From assembly GCF_009914755.1 (NCBI RefSeq), contig NC_060925.1: a DNA stretch of 64,000 nucleotides; one strand, given 5' to 3'. This DNA comes from the human T2T-CHM13v2.0 reference genome, Homo sapiens. The notes beneath the pieces were generated by a model. It worked only from the letters and a program-made list of their open reading frames with translations. It had not been told where the DNA came from and did not search any database. The translations under genes and the position numbers were made by a program. Below are positions 13,961-34,606 of the stretch, in pieces; position 1 is the stretch's first letter, and each line of letters opens with the position of its first letter.

Positions 13961-14239
13961 TGAGCCATAAGGTACTGGCTCTAAGAGTGACACTCAATCT
14001 GATAGCTTCTTTTTCTATAATTCTCATGAGAAAATACACATAAAGCACTTAGCCTGCACCTGGCCACACTAAGTGCTCAGCATATGCTGGCTATTAGTGC
14101 TGTGGATATTACTGTCTGATGGAACTATTGTCAGGCTCATGAAATTCAATCTTTTCTCCTCTTTTTAGAAATGGAACTCAATGTGCTTCATTAAAATTGT
14201 GATCGAGGCTCGATATGTTTTTAAAACCTATTTTAGAGT

Positions 14240-14710
14240 ATGCTCTGGTTATCTACTGCTGCCTAATATACTGCTCTCAAATTTATTATCCTCGCAGACT
14301 CTGTGAATCAGCAATTCAACAGTGCACAGTGGGGATGGCTTGTTTCTGTTTCAGGATGTCTGGTGCCTCAGCTGAGAAGATATAACAAATGCGAGTGACT
14401 TGAAAGGTGGGGTTCTGGAAACATTTGGTGGCTATTCACATGCATGTCTGGATAGCCAGAAGACTGAGCTCAGCTGGGATTGTAGATTGGAATGCCTCCA
14501 TATACCTACCTCTCCCTGGGCCCGGGTCCCCAGGGTAGTCAGATTTCTTATGTACATGGTAGCTCAGAGCTCCAAGTGCAAGTGTTCCAGCAACCAAAGA
14601 AAAGCTGCATGGCCTGATGACCCAGCCTTCAGAATACTCTAGGTTGGAGGAGTCACAATTCCATTCATATCCAAAGGGAAGAAATATAGACTCTAATGGG
14701 AAGAGTATCA
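14240..14710 (-). mobile_element. MLT1-type MaLR solo LTR
   Basis: ttatctactgctgcc...gtgaatcagcaattc..gcacagtggggatggcttgtttctg...ctcagctggga. Confidence 0.65.
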
Positions 14711-15614
14711 AAGGATATATCTGATTATCGAAGATTTAGGAGGTTTGCTCACTATATAGAGAAATGAAACTCAAAGATTAAGCCAAATACATGGTTAATG
14801 AAATGTGGATAATTTGCTTTTGTCACCATTTCCTTTAAAAATATTTTTTAAAAAATTGCTTGACAAAAAGAATATACTATAAATGATATAGGTAATATTT
14901 CTCAAGTTATATTTCTTAGCTCTTCCTAGAGTCATCCTATAAAACAAAAAGAAAACAAACAAAGTTTCTGTGGTCAAATAAGTTCAGAAAATGCTGCATT
15001 CTATACATACAACCTCCTCTTGGAAAGTCATAATGCGTATTGACACATCAAGGCCTCTGAGAATCCTGCAGCAAATAAATATTTATCTTCTGTCAGAGTT
15101 TAGATTTTTCTAAAGCTTATTTGAGCAAAGAAACTTAAAATTTTTCTTTTTGGGCTGTAATAACTGTTAAAAATCTTGCTGAACTAATGTCCCTTGAGCT
15201 CTTGTTAAGAAACGTTATCTAGGCTCTAGATTCCAGAGCAAACTTTTCCAGAACAGGTCCCAAAGTATTATTCAAGAATGTTTTCAATCATTGCACATGA
15301 TTTTCAGAGCTTGACTTGAACATTTGCACCAGACCAATACAATCATAATCTATGAGGTGGGGCCTGAGCATTGGAATTTTTGAAAAGCACTTCAGGTAGT
15401 TTTTTTTTTAAATATACTTTAAGTTCTGGGGTACATGTGCACAACATGCAGATTTGTTACATAGGTATACATGTGCCATGTTGGTTTGCTGCACCCACCA
15501 ACTTGTCATTTACATTAAGTATTTCTCCTAATGCTATCCCTCCCCCACCCCCCCACCCCTCAACAGGCCCCAGTGTGTGATGTTCCCCACCCTGAGTCCA
15601 TGTGTTCTCATTGT

Positions 15615-19335
<3,721 letters not shown>

Positions 19336-19398
19336 TATGATGCTAGCTGGTTATTTTGCCCGTTAGTTGATGCAGTTTCTTCATAGCGTTGATGGTCT

Positions 19399-20261
19399 TT
19401 ACAATTTGGCATGTTTTTGCAGTGGCTGGTACTGGTTGATTCTTTCCATGTTTAATGCTTCCTTCAGAGGCTCTTGTAAGGCAGGCCTGGTGGTGACAAA
19501 ATCTCTCAGCATTTGCTTGTCTGTAAAGGCTTTTATTTCTCCTTCACTTATGAAACTTAGTTTGGCTGGATATGAAACTGGATATGAAAGAATTTTGGGT
19601 TGAAAATTCTTTAAGAATGTTGAATATTGACCCCCATTCTCTTCTGGCTTGTAGGGTTTCTGCTGAGGGATCCACTGTTAGTCTGATGGGCTTCCCATTG
19701 TGGGTAATCCGGCCTTTCTCTCTGGCTGCCCTTAACATTTTTCCCTTCGTTTCAACCTTGGTGAATCTGACGATTATGTGTCTTGGGGTTGCTCGTCTCA
19801 AGGAATATCTTTGTGGTGTTCTCTGTATTTCCTGAATTTGAATGTTGGCCTGCCTTGCTGGGTTGGGGAAGTTCTCCTGGATAATATCCTGAAGAGTGTT
19901 TTCCAACTTGGTTCCATTCTCCCCGTCACTTTCAGGTACACCAGTCAAACATGGATTTGGTCTTTTCACATAGTCCCATATTTCTTGGAGGCTTTGTTCA
20001 TTTCTTTTCACTCTTTTTTCTCTAATCTTGTCTTCTCACTTTATTTCATTAAGTTGATCTTTAGTCACTGATATCCTTTCTTCTGCATGATCAATTTGGC
20101 TATTGAAGCTTGTGTATGCTTCACGAAGTTCTCATGCTGGTTTTTCAGCTCCATCAGGTCATTTATGTTCTTCTCTACACTGGTTATTCTAGTTAGCAAT
20201 TCATGTAACCTCTTTTCAAGGTTCTTAGCTTCCTTGAGTTGGGTTAGAACATGCTCCTCAG
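19399..20261 (-). pseudogene. L1 ORF1, 5'-truncated and disrupted
   Basis: KRNEQSLQEIWDYVKRPN...ARREWG; TAA at 19401-19399. Confidence 0.88.
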
Positions 20262-20461
20262 TTCAGGTAGTTTTAACGTGCAATCAGGTTGAGAGCCATG
20301 GACTTAGACTATTATTTCAGAGAATGGCTGTTTGTTCTTGGGAGGCTGTGCACTTAGCTCAACAGTTTCTTGCTGGAAAGTTAGGAGAACAAACGGGCAA
20401 ATGTGTCAACTATTACTGAAGTAGGAATTACAAAAGAGACTGATTACTGAAGTGGGAATCA

Positions 20462-20793
<332 letters not shown>

Positions 20794-21634
20794 AGAGAGA
20801 CAGATCAGATATGTAATGTCCATATTTACCCTGTTCTGCTCTATGGGTCTTAGATTGCCAACCGCTGACCTTTGCCCATTTCCTCCAGATTGCATTGTCA
20901 AAGCCATTGTTGATTATTCTGCTGAAGTCTCTTCTCCTTCCCCTTCTTCCCTCCCGCCCTTGAAAAACAGGACCTTATTCTGGAATGGTTACTTCAAATT
21001 GAGGGGCATGTGCTACTCAGAGAGGGGGACCCTCTGTTATAGATTGGAAGAGGGCTTTTCAAAACTAGTGTGGAGATTCAAAGAAGGTGGTTAGAAAAGA
21101 GGACAGACATGGGGATTGGGGAGCAGAGATAGGAAATGGGATGTATCAACGAAAGAAACCTTCTTCCCATCCATGGGAGTTCCATGAAGAACTCAAACTT
21201 TAGCTTGCTCATCCCATAGGCTGGAGAAACTTCATACAGCATATAGCTTTAGACTCTCTATTCCTACTTATAACTTCCTTTAATTAATCTAAGCTTTTCA
21301 TAAACAAACAAAAAAACCTGCTACATTCACAGCCTATGGCTAGATATATGAAGAATAAAGTAAAATGTCAGTAAAAGGAAGTGTGGCTGGCCCCAAATCC
21401 AGCCTCCATGGTGTCACTGGAGATGGCTGTATCTAGGAGTTCTACATGGAGCCCACCTATGAAGTGAATGATGGTCCACAGTGCAGCTGGAAATGGCAAG
21501 ATAAGCACCTTGAGTATCTTTAAGGTGAAACATTCTCATTTCTCATATAGTAGAGGAAGGTGACCTTGAAAATAAAGGGTGGGGATCGGGTGGGGAAGAA
21601 GGACAGCATGACACCTGAGCTGTGAGGTGCATCA

Positions 21635-21970
21635 TAATTTATTTATTTAACAATTTCTCTGTAGACATTTAGTTTGTTTCAGGATCTTTCTATTTTCTAT
21701 AACACTGCAATGTTATGCACATTATTGCATATAAATCCTAGCCTGCATCTTGAATTATTACCTTAGGATAAATTCCTAGGGGTGGAATCACTGGATTAAA
21801 GGATATGGATGTTTTTAAGTCTCTTAATATACATGACTAATCCACCTGTAGAAAACTTGTATCAATTTATACTCCCATTAGCAGTGTACAAGCAAGCTCA
21901 TTTCCCCACATGTCTGCCAACACTGGGCATTATAACTTAAAATACTTATTGGTGCTCTTATTATTTTTTC
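21635..21970 (-). mobile_element. Old L1M fragment
   Basis: ttaggataaattcctaggggtggaatcactggattaaagg..tgtatcaatttatactcccattagcagtgta. Confidence 0.7.
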
Positions 21971-22456
21971 CTTGATTGCTCCTTTTCTGGCTTATTCCTA
22001 GAGTTTTCTAATGGAATGAATTAAATCCCGTGAATATCTCTCTGTTTTCTCTTCAAGAAGTAAAATGGCAAATATGTCTTTGCTTTTCAAAACATAACAA
22101 TCAATTTCTTTTTACACCTTCTGCCCAGTCAGAAGCAAGGAAATTTCAGATTACTAATAAAGAACAAGAAACCCCTTTTCTTAATGGATGCTGCAAATAG
22201 CAGATGGTTCCAGGCAACTTCTTCCTAGTAATGGCCTCCCATTTTTCTGTGCAAGCATATCAATAACTTACTTCTGGGGAGCTTGTCTCCCAGCCTGAAC
22301 ATGCATCGTAAAATGAATTTTAAACATGCATTCTTGATAGAGATTTAAGTGAAACCATGAGTTAGTTTCTTCTTTTATTTGTCTTTCCAATTATCTAGAG
22401 TAATACTTATAGAATGCCTGCTAAGAGTCTTGCATTACACTAGATGTTGTCAAGTA

Positions 22457-23120
22457 CAGATGATCTTCATTTTCCACAGATCCAGTATTTATGAATTTGC
22501 CTACCTGCTAAAATTTATTTGTGACCTGCAAATCAATACTCATGCCGCTTTCCTGGCTATCCATGGACATGCACAGAATGGTGAAAAATGTGGGTCGCCC
22601 AATGTGACCAGCTCAGTTCCCAGCTGAGGTTGCACAAGGCAATCCTGTGCCTTTCTGTTTCATCTCTCATACTCTAAATGTGTCCCTTTTGTGGTGTGTC
22701 CCTTTAGTGCCTTTTTTTTGGCCTTTTTTTTTTTTTGCTTTTTGTTGGTCATTTCATTGTTTGAAATAGCTCCCAAGCATACTGCTGAAGTGTGCTCTAA
22801 TGTTCCTAAGCACATGGAGACTGTGATATGCATTGTGGAAAAAACGCGTGTGTTAGGTGAGGTTTGTTTCAGGCATGAGTTAGAGTGTTGTTGGCCATGA
22901 GTTCAATGAATCAACAATGTATGTCCAATAAGAAGTCTTTAAAACAGAAACATAGGTAAAACAAGGTAATGGATTGATTGATCACTGAAAATGTTGTGAC
23001 CAGAGGCTCTCAGGAATCTAACCTTACGTTTCCCCTAGGAGCAATGGTTCAGTATTCATTAATTCAGTGTTTCCAGCAACTTTATAGAACATAACTACTG
23101 GGAATAATGGGAGTTAGCTG
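22457..23120. mobile_element. MER82 (TcMar-Tigger) non-autonomous DNA transposon
   Basis: TA|CAG...CTG|TA ends; gaatttgcctacctgctaaaatttatttgtgacc..aaatcaatactc matches MER82 as recalled; 664 bp. Confidence 0.8.
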
Positions 23121-23504
23121 TATATCAAAGGGTGATAGCCAACCTTGAGAGATGAGAGGAACACACAGAAAACACATAAAGAATGACCTAAATATTAAAA
23201 GTGGTACAAATAACAAAGGCTAGAAAAATCAGGACACGCTAGAGGAAGGCTTTGTGGAAGGAGTGGTGATAAACCTGGGCTCTGCAGAATGAAGAGGGTT
23301 TATGTAGGCCCAGGAAACTGAGAGTAGGAGTGGGTGAATAATCTTATTTGGGGAGGATATGTCGTCCTTCAATTTGTTTGACTCTGAGGGTTATTTAATC
23401 CGGGGCATATGAGAAATAAGGATGGAAAAAAAGTAGGGATAAGTTATGAAGAATCCTGAATGCAAGTCTGAGAGGGTCTTGGTTTGTTCTTCAGACTAGT
23501 ATTT

Positions 23505-24452
23505 TTTAAAAAATACAACTTTATTGAGGTGTAATTTGCATAAAATAAATTGCATCCATTATAAATGTAGTTTGATATATTTTGACAAATTTATACACCT
23601 GAGTAAACACCAGCACAGTCAAGATATAAGACATTTTTATGACCCTAAAATGTCATATTTCTTAGCACTCAATACCCCTGCCACCCATGATCCTAGACCA
23701 AAAAATATAGCATAGAATAGCCTCTTAGAGAATTTCATACAAATGGAATCAGATAGTTAAGTGTTCTTATGAGACTTGTTGTTTTCTGCTCAGCATAGTG
23801 CTTTTGAGATTTATTTATTTTTATATGTAGAATGTAGCTTTAATAAATTACTGAATAATATCCCATTGCACGGCTATACCAAAATTTGCTATTCATTCAT
23901 TTGTTGTTGAACATTTAGGTTGTTTCCAGTTTTCTACTACTATAAATAAAACTGCCATAGCCATTCGTATATAACTCTTTCTGTGGAAATATGTTTTCCT
24001 TTTTCTTGGATAAATACCTAAGAGTGGAATTGCGGGTCATATGGTAAGAGCATGTTTAACTTTTTAAGAAACTGCCAAACTATTTCCAAAGAGGTTCCAA
24101 CATTTTATATAACCTCAGTCATGTATAAAAATTCCAGTTGCTGCACATCCTTACAGCCAATACAGTTTTTAAAGTTTTTGCCATTCTAGTGGGTATGAAG
24201 TGGTATCTCCTTGTGGTTTTAATTGACATATTCTTTATGACTAATGATAATCAGCTTTTCCTGTACTTGAGATTTGTATATCTTATTTTGTGAAGACTCT
24301 GTTCAAATATGTTGCCATTTTTAGGGTTGGTTGTCTTATATTGGGCTGGAGAAATGCTTTAAATATTCTGGATATCAGTCTTTTGTCACACATATGTACT
24401 ATTAATATTTTCTTGTATATCTTGCCTTTTCATTTTCATGATGGTGTCTTTT
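23505..24452 (-). mobile_element. L1MB-like 3' region (resumes at ~31533)
   Basis: aactttattgaggtgtaatttgcataaaataaattgcatcc...taaatacctaagagtggaattgcgggtcatatggtaag. Confidence 0.75.
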
Positions 24453-24890
24453 TTTGAATTTTTCCTTTATTGTTTATTTTTAAAATGGCAACATAATATA
24501 CATATTGTTCTGCAACTTGATTTTTTAAAAAATCTAACAATATACTGTGCATGTTTTTCCAGGGCAGAATATGTACAATCTACTTCATGCTTTTTAATAG
24601 ATCCATATGTTCTATTTTATTTGATGGGCACTAAGATTGTTTTTATTCTTGTTATTACAAACAATGCAGCATATAATCCTTAGGCATGTAAAGTTGTAAA
24701 TCTGGGGTTAGGGATAGGATCACTTCTAAACATAAGAGGTCTAGACAGAGATTCACTGGCCTGACTGTAGACTCTGTCATGCTGTTGAGTGACCTGTGCT
24801 GACATTTATTACTATATTTATTGTTAGAATGTTTTTGATGTCTGCTAAAATATGTCTTCCTCATAATACTTCCTTTTTGTACAGTTTTAA

Positions 24891-25277
<387 letters not shown>

Positions 25278-25287
25278 TGATCAGATT

Positions 25288-26313
25288 GGGTGGAGCCAAG
25301 ATGGCCGAATAGGAACAGCTCCAGTCTACAGCTCCCAGCGTGAGCGATGCAGAAGATGGGTGATTTCTGCATTTCCAACTGAGGTACCGGGTTCATCTCA
25401 CTGGGGAGTGCTGGACAGTGGGTGCAGGACAGTGGGTGCAGTGCACCATGCGTGAGCTGAAGCAGGGAAAGGCATCGCCTCACCTGGGAGGTGCAAGGAG
25501 TCAGGGAATTCCCTTTCCTAGTCAAAGAAAGGGGTGACAGATGGCACCTGGAAAATTGGGTCATTCCCACCCTAATACTGTGCTTTTCCAATGGGCTTAA
25601 CAAACGGCAAACCAGGAGATTATATCCCGCACCTGGCTTGGAGGGTCCTATGCCCACGGAGCCTCACTCTTTGCTAGCACAACAGTCTGAGATCAAACTG
25701 CAAGGCGGCAGTGAGACTGGGGGAGGGGCGCCTGCCATTGCTGAGGCTTGAGTAGGTAAACAAAGCTGCTGGGAAGCTCAAACTGGGTGGAGCCCATCAC
25801 AGTTCAAGGAGGCCTGCCTGCCTCTGTAGGCTCCACCTCTGGGGGCAGGGCACAGACAAGCAAAAGGCAGCAGTAACCTCTGCAGACTTAAATGTCCCTG
25901 TCTGACAGCTTTGAAGAGAGTAGTGGTTCTCCCAGCATGCAGCTTGAGATCTGAGAATGGGCAGACTGCCACCTCAAGTGGGTCCCTGACCCATGAGTAG
26001 CCTAACTGGGAGGCACCCCCCAGTAGGGGTGGACTGACACCTCACACGGCCGGGTACTCCTCTGAGACAAAACTTCCAGAAGAACGATCAGGCAGCAGCA
26101 TTTGCAGTTCACCAATATCCGCTGTTCTGCAGCCGCTGCTGCTGATACCCAGGAAAACAGGGTCTGGAGTGGACCTCCAGCAAACTCCAACAGATCTGCA
26201 GCTGAGGGTCCTGATGGTTAGAAGGAAAACTAACAAACAGAAAGGACATCCACACCAAAAACCCATCTGTACATCACCATCTTCAAAGACCAAAGGTAGA
26301 TAAAACCACAAAG
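25288..26313 (+). promoter_or_regulatory. L1 5'UTR internal sense/antisense promoter
   Basis: Complete 5'UTR with YY1 motif CAAGATGGCCG near 25297; many CpGs decayed to TG/CA. Confidence 0.8.
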
Positions 26314-27314
26314 AGGGGGAAAAAACAGAGCAGAAAACCCAGAAACTCTAAAAATCAGAGCACCTCTCCTCCTCCAAAGGAACGCAGCTCCTCACCAGCA
26401 ATGGAACAAAGCTGGACAGAGAATGACTTTGACGAGTTGAGAGAAGAAGGCTTCAGAAGATCAAACTACTCTGAGCTAAAGGAGGAAGTTTGAACCAATA
26501 GCAAAGAAGTTAAAAACCTTGAAAAAAAATTAGATGAATGGCTAACTAGAATAACCAATGCAGAGAAGTCCTTAAAGGACCTGATGGAGCTGAAAACCAC
26601 AGCATGAGAACTACGTGATGAATGCACAAGCCTCAGTAGCTGATGCGATCAACTGGAAGAAAGGGTATCAGCGATGGAAGATGAAATGAATGAAATGAAG
26701 CGGGAAGAGAAGTTTAGAGAAAAAAGAATAAAAAGAAATGAACAAAGCCTCCAAGAAATATGGGACTATGTGAAAAGACCAAATCTACGTCTGATTGGTG
26801 TACCTGAAAGTTATGGGGAGAATGGAACCAAGTTGGAAAACACTCTGCAGGGTATTATCCAGGAGAACTTCCCCAATCTAGCAAGGCAGGCCAACATTCA
26901 AATTCAGGAAATACAGAGAATGCCACAAAGATACTCCTTGAGAAGAGCAACTCCAAGACACATAATTGTCAGTTTCACCAAAGTTGAAATGAAGGAAAAA
27001 ATGTTAAGGGCAGCCAGAGAGAAAGGTCGGGTTACCCACAAAGGGAAGCCCATCAGACTAAGAGCTGATCTCTTGGCAGAAACTCTACAAGCCAGAAGAG
27101 AGTGGGGGCCAATATTCAACATTCTTAAAGAAAAGAATTTTCAACCCAGAAGTTCATATCCAGCCAAACGAAGCTTCATAAGTGAAGGAGAAATAAAATA
27201 CTTTACAGACAAACAAGTGCTGACAGGCCTGCCCTAAAAGAGCTCCTGAAGGAAGCACTAAACATGGAAAGGAACAACCGGTACCAGCCACTGCAAAAAC
27301 ATGCCAAATTGTAA
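26314..27314 (+). pseudogene. L1 ORF1, dead
   Basis: Start ATG replaced by AGG at 26314; in-frame stops; frameshifting deletion near 27224; ends GCCAAATTGTAA. Confidence 0.9.
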
Positions 27315-27377
27315 AGCCCATCAAGGCTAGGAAGAAACTGCATCAACTAATGAGTAACATAACCAGCTAACATCATA

Positions 27378-31202
<3,825 letters not shown>

Positions 31203-33417
31203 ACAATGAGAACACATGGACACAGGAAGGGGAAATCACACACCGGGGACTGTTGTGGGGTGGGGGGAGGGGGGAGGGATAGCATTAGGAGATATACCTA
31301 ATGCTAAATGACAAGTTAATGGGTGCAGCACACCAACATGGAACATGTATACATATGTAACTAACCTGCACATCGTGCACATGTACCCTAAAACTTAAAG
31401 TATAATAATAATAAAATAAAAAAAGATATTGATCAGATATACCCTAAATGTATTAATTTATACTTTCACACTTTTGAATTTTCTTTTACCCTTTTCTATA
31501 TAGTCTTATAATTTTCTTCAGAGAGTTACAGTTGTCTTTTGAAGAGCAGAAGTTTTAATTTTCTATGAAGGTCAATTTACCAATTTTTCCTTTTATAGTT
31601 CCTGAATTTTGTATTCGTTCTAAGAAATCTTTACTTACTCTAAGGTCACAAAGATTTGTCTCCTATGTTTTCTTCTAGAACTTTTATAGTTTTAGCTTTT
31701 ACATTTAAGTCTATGGTCTGTATCAAATTAGTGTTTTTTTGTATGATGTGAAAAAAGGGTTGAAATTCATTCTTTTCTATATGGATAGCTAGCTGTTTCA
31801 GCAGCATTTATTGAAACAACAATCTTTTCCCTATTAGATTCCCTTGGCACTTTTGTCAAAAGTGACAATTGACCATATATGCCTTAATCTATTTCTGGAC
31901 CCTCACTTCAATTCCATTGGTCTACATGTGTATCCTCTCTTGATACTGTACTCTCTTGATTACTGTAGCTTTATAGTAACTCTCAAAATCAAGTAGTGTA
32001 AGTTTTCCAATCTTATTCTTTTTAAAATTGTTTTGTCTAAGTTCCTTGAAATTCCATATACATTTTTAAATCAACTTCTCAAGTTCTATAAAAAAGTCTG
32101 TTGATATTTCCATATGTGTCCCATTGAATCTACAGATCAAGTTGGGGGAGAAATAACATTTTAACAGTATTGAGTTTTCCAATCCATAAACATGGTATAT
32201 CTGTCTAATTATTTAGGCCTACTTTTATTTACACAGTAATATTTTGTATTTTCAGCATAGAGGTTTTTCACATATTTTATTTAAATTCTCCCTAAATAGT
32301 TCATTTTTTAATGCTACTGCAACTTTTTTCATTGACTTTCTCTACTTTTATCCATTTATATGTCATTGATTTCTGCTTTTTTATGATTTCATTTTTCTGC
32401 TTCATTTGGTTTTAATTTGCTCTTTTTTCTAGTTTTTGTAAGGTGGAAATTTAGATAATTTATTGTGGACTTTTATTCTCCTCTAATGTCAGCATTTAAA
32501 GCTATTAATTTCCCAATAAGAACTGCTTTAGTTGCATGCTATATATTCTGATATGTGTGTTTTCCTTGTCATTCTGTTCAATATATTTCAAAGTTTATCT
32601 TATGATTTTTATTTGACCCCTTAATTATTTAGAAGAATTTTATTTAATTTCAACATATTTTGATTCAGATAACTTTATGTTGTTGACTTCTAATTTCATT
32701 CTGTTATGGTCAGAGTACACTGTAAGTTCTCTGAGTAGAAGATACTGAGTGGGGTGATATGTTCTATAAATATCAATGAGCTCAAGATGATTGATAGTGT
32801 TGTTCAAGTATTCTGTATTTTTGTTGAATTTTTAGTCTACTTCTATCAATTACTAAGAGAGGGGTGTTGAAACCTCTAACTCTAATTATGGATTTATCTA
32901 TTTCTCCTTTCACTTCTGTATGTTTTTGCTTCCTGTACTTTAAAACTGTTATGTGACACACATTGAAAGCTATTATATCTTTTTGAGGAAGTGATCTTTT
33001 TATTATGAAATGTACCTCTTTATCCTGGGTTTTATTCCTTGTTCTGATATTAACATAGATACTCCAGGTTTCTTTTGATTAGTATTTTCATCATATATAC
33101 CTTTTTACATCTTTTTCATTTTAACTTATCTTTGACTTTATATTTAGTGTTGATTTCTTATAGACAGCACATGCTTTTGTGTTCCAATTTTTTTTTGACT
33201 GACAATCTCTGCCTTTTAATGGGACTGTTTAGACCACTTGCATTTAATGTAATTATTGATATAGTTGGGTCTAAATCTATTATTTTTCTATATGTTTTCT
33301 CTTCAAAATTGTTTTTATCTGTTCTTTGTTCATATGTTCATATTTTCCTCTTTTTCCTACCTTTTCTCTGTTATTTTGTAATATTCTATTTGCTCCCCAC
33401 CATTAGCTTAATAGTGT

Positions 33418-33420
33418 GCA

Positions 33421-33457
<37 letters not shown>

Positions 33458-33459
33458 GT
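33418..33459. repeat. (TG)n(GA)n compound microsatellite
   Basis: Seen directly. Confidence 0.9.
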
Positions 33460-33597
33460 GATATTTGTTCTAGGGTTTACAATATGCATGTTTAACTAAT
33501 GACAGTCTATCTTTGAATACTATTATACTGCTTCATATGTAATATCAAAACTTTAATATACTTCTGTATTTCTTTCTCCTATCCTTTGCTTTGTTTC

Positions 33598-33813
33598 TAT
33601 TTTTATTTATTTAGTTTTAGAGACAGAGTCTTACTCTGTTGCCTAGGCTGGAGTGAAGTGGCACAATCATAGTTCACTGTAATCTTGGCTCCTGGGCTTG
33701 AGCAATCCTCCCACCTCAGCCTCTTGAGTAACTAGGACTTCAGATATACACCACCATGCCTGGCTAATTTTTAGGTTTTTTTTTTTTTTTTTTGAGATGG
33801 CATCTCAGTGTGT
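33598..33813 (-). mobile_element. 5'-truncated AluJ
   Basis: agacagagtcttactctgttgcctaggctggagtg...ctcctgggcttgagcaatcctccc. Confidence 0.85.
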
Positions 33814-34234
33814 TATTGTTGTCATAAATTGTACTTCTACATATGTTATTAACCCCACAATACATTGTTGTTGTTAGTTTTTAAAAATAGTCAGCCAGCT
33901 TTAAAAAAGTTAAAATATGAGAAAAAATGACTTTTACATATATCATCACATTTACTTTTTCCAACTTTCTTCATCCTTGGGGTAGTTTCAAGTTTCCATA
34001 TGGTATTATTTTCTTTCTTCCTGAATAAGTTTACATTTCTTGTAATGAAGGTCTTCTGGCAACAGATTTTCTCAATCTTTGAAAAATGTTTATCCTGACT
34101 TCATTTTTTATTTCATTTTGATATTTACACTGGATTTTAAATTCTAGATTGACAAATTTATTCTCCTTTCATCACTTTAAAGGGTTCATTTAAGTGTTCT
34201 CTGACTTGCATTGTTTCTGATAAGTCCATATGAA

Positions 34235-34520
34235 TAAAAGCTTATACAATTTCAGTTAGGAGGAACAAGTTCATGAGAACTACTGTACAACATGGTGATT
34301 ATGGTTAATAACAATCTGTTGTATATTTGAAAGTTGCTAAGAGAGTAGATTTTAAATGTTCTCACTACAAAAAAATGATAAATATGTGAGGTAATGGATA
34401 TGTTAATTAGCTTGATTTAGTTATTCCACAAGGTATACATAAATAAAGATATGCTGTACACCATAAATATATATAATTTTTAATTTGTTGATTAAAAAAA
34501 CAAAAGATAAAATAAAATAA
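34235..34520 (+). mobile_element. Short L1MA 3'-end fragment
   Basis: tacaatttcagttaggaggaacaagttca...gctaagagagtagattttaaatgttctcac, followed by an A-rich tail. Confidence 0.8.
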
Positions 34521-34606
34521 GTGTTGAGCCAAAAAAAGATGGCATTCCATTGTCATCTGGCTTGCATTGTTTCTGGTAAGAAGTCTGTGTAAATCTTACC
34601 TTTGTT

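Noticed and set aside
14900-15200. Possible hAT/MER DNA-transposon fragment
   Set aside because: Termini and family could not be determined confidently by eye
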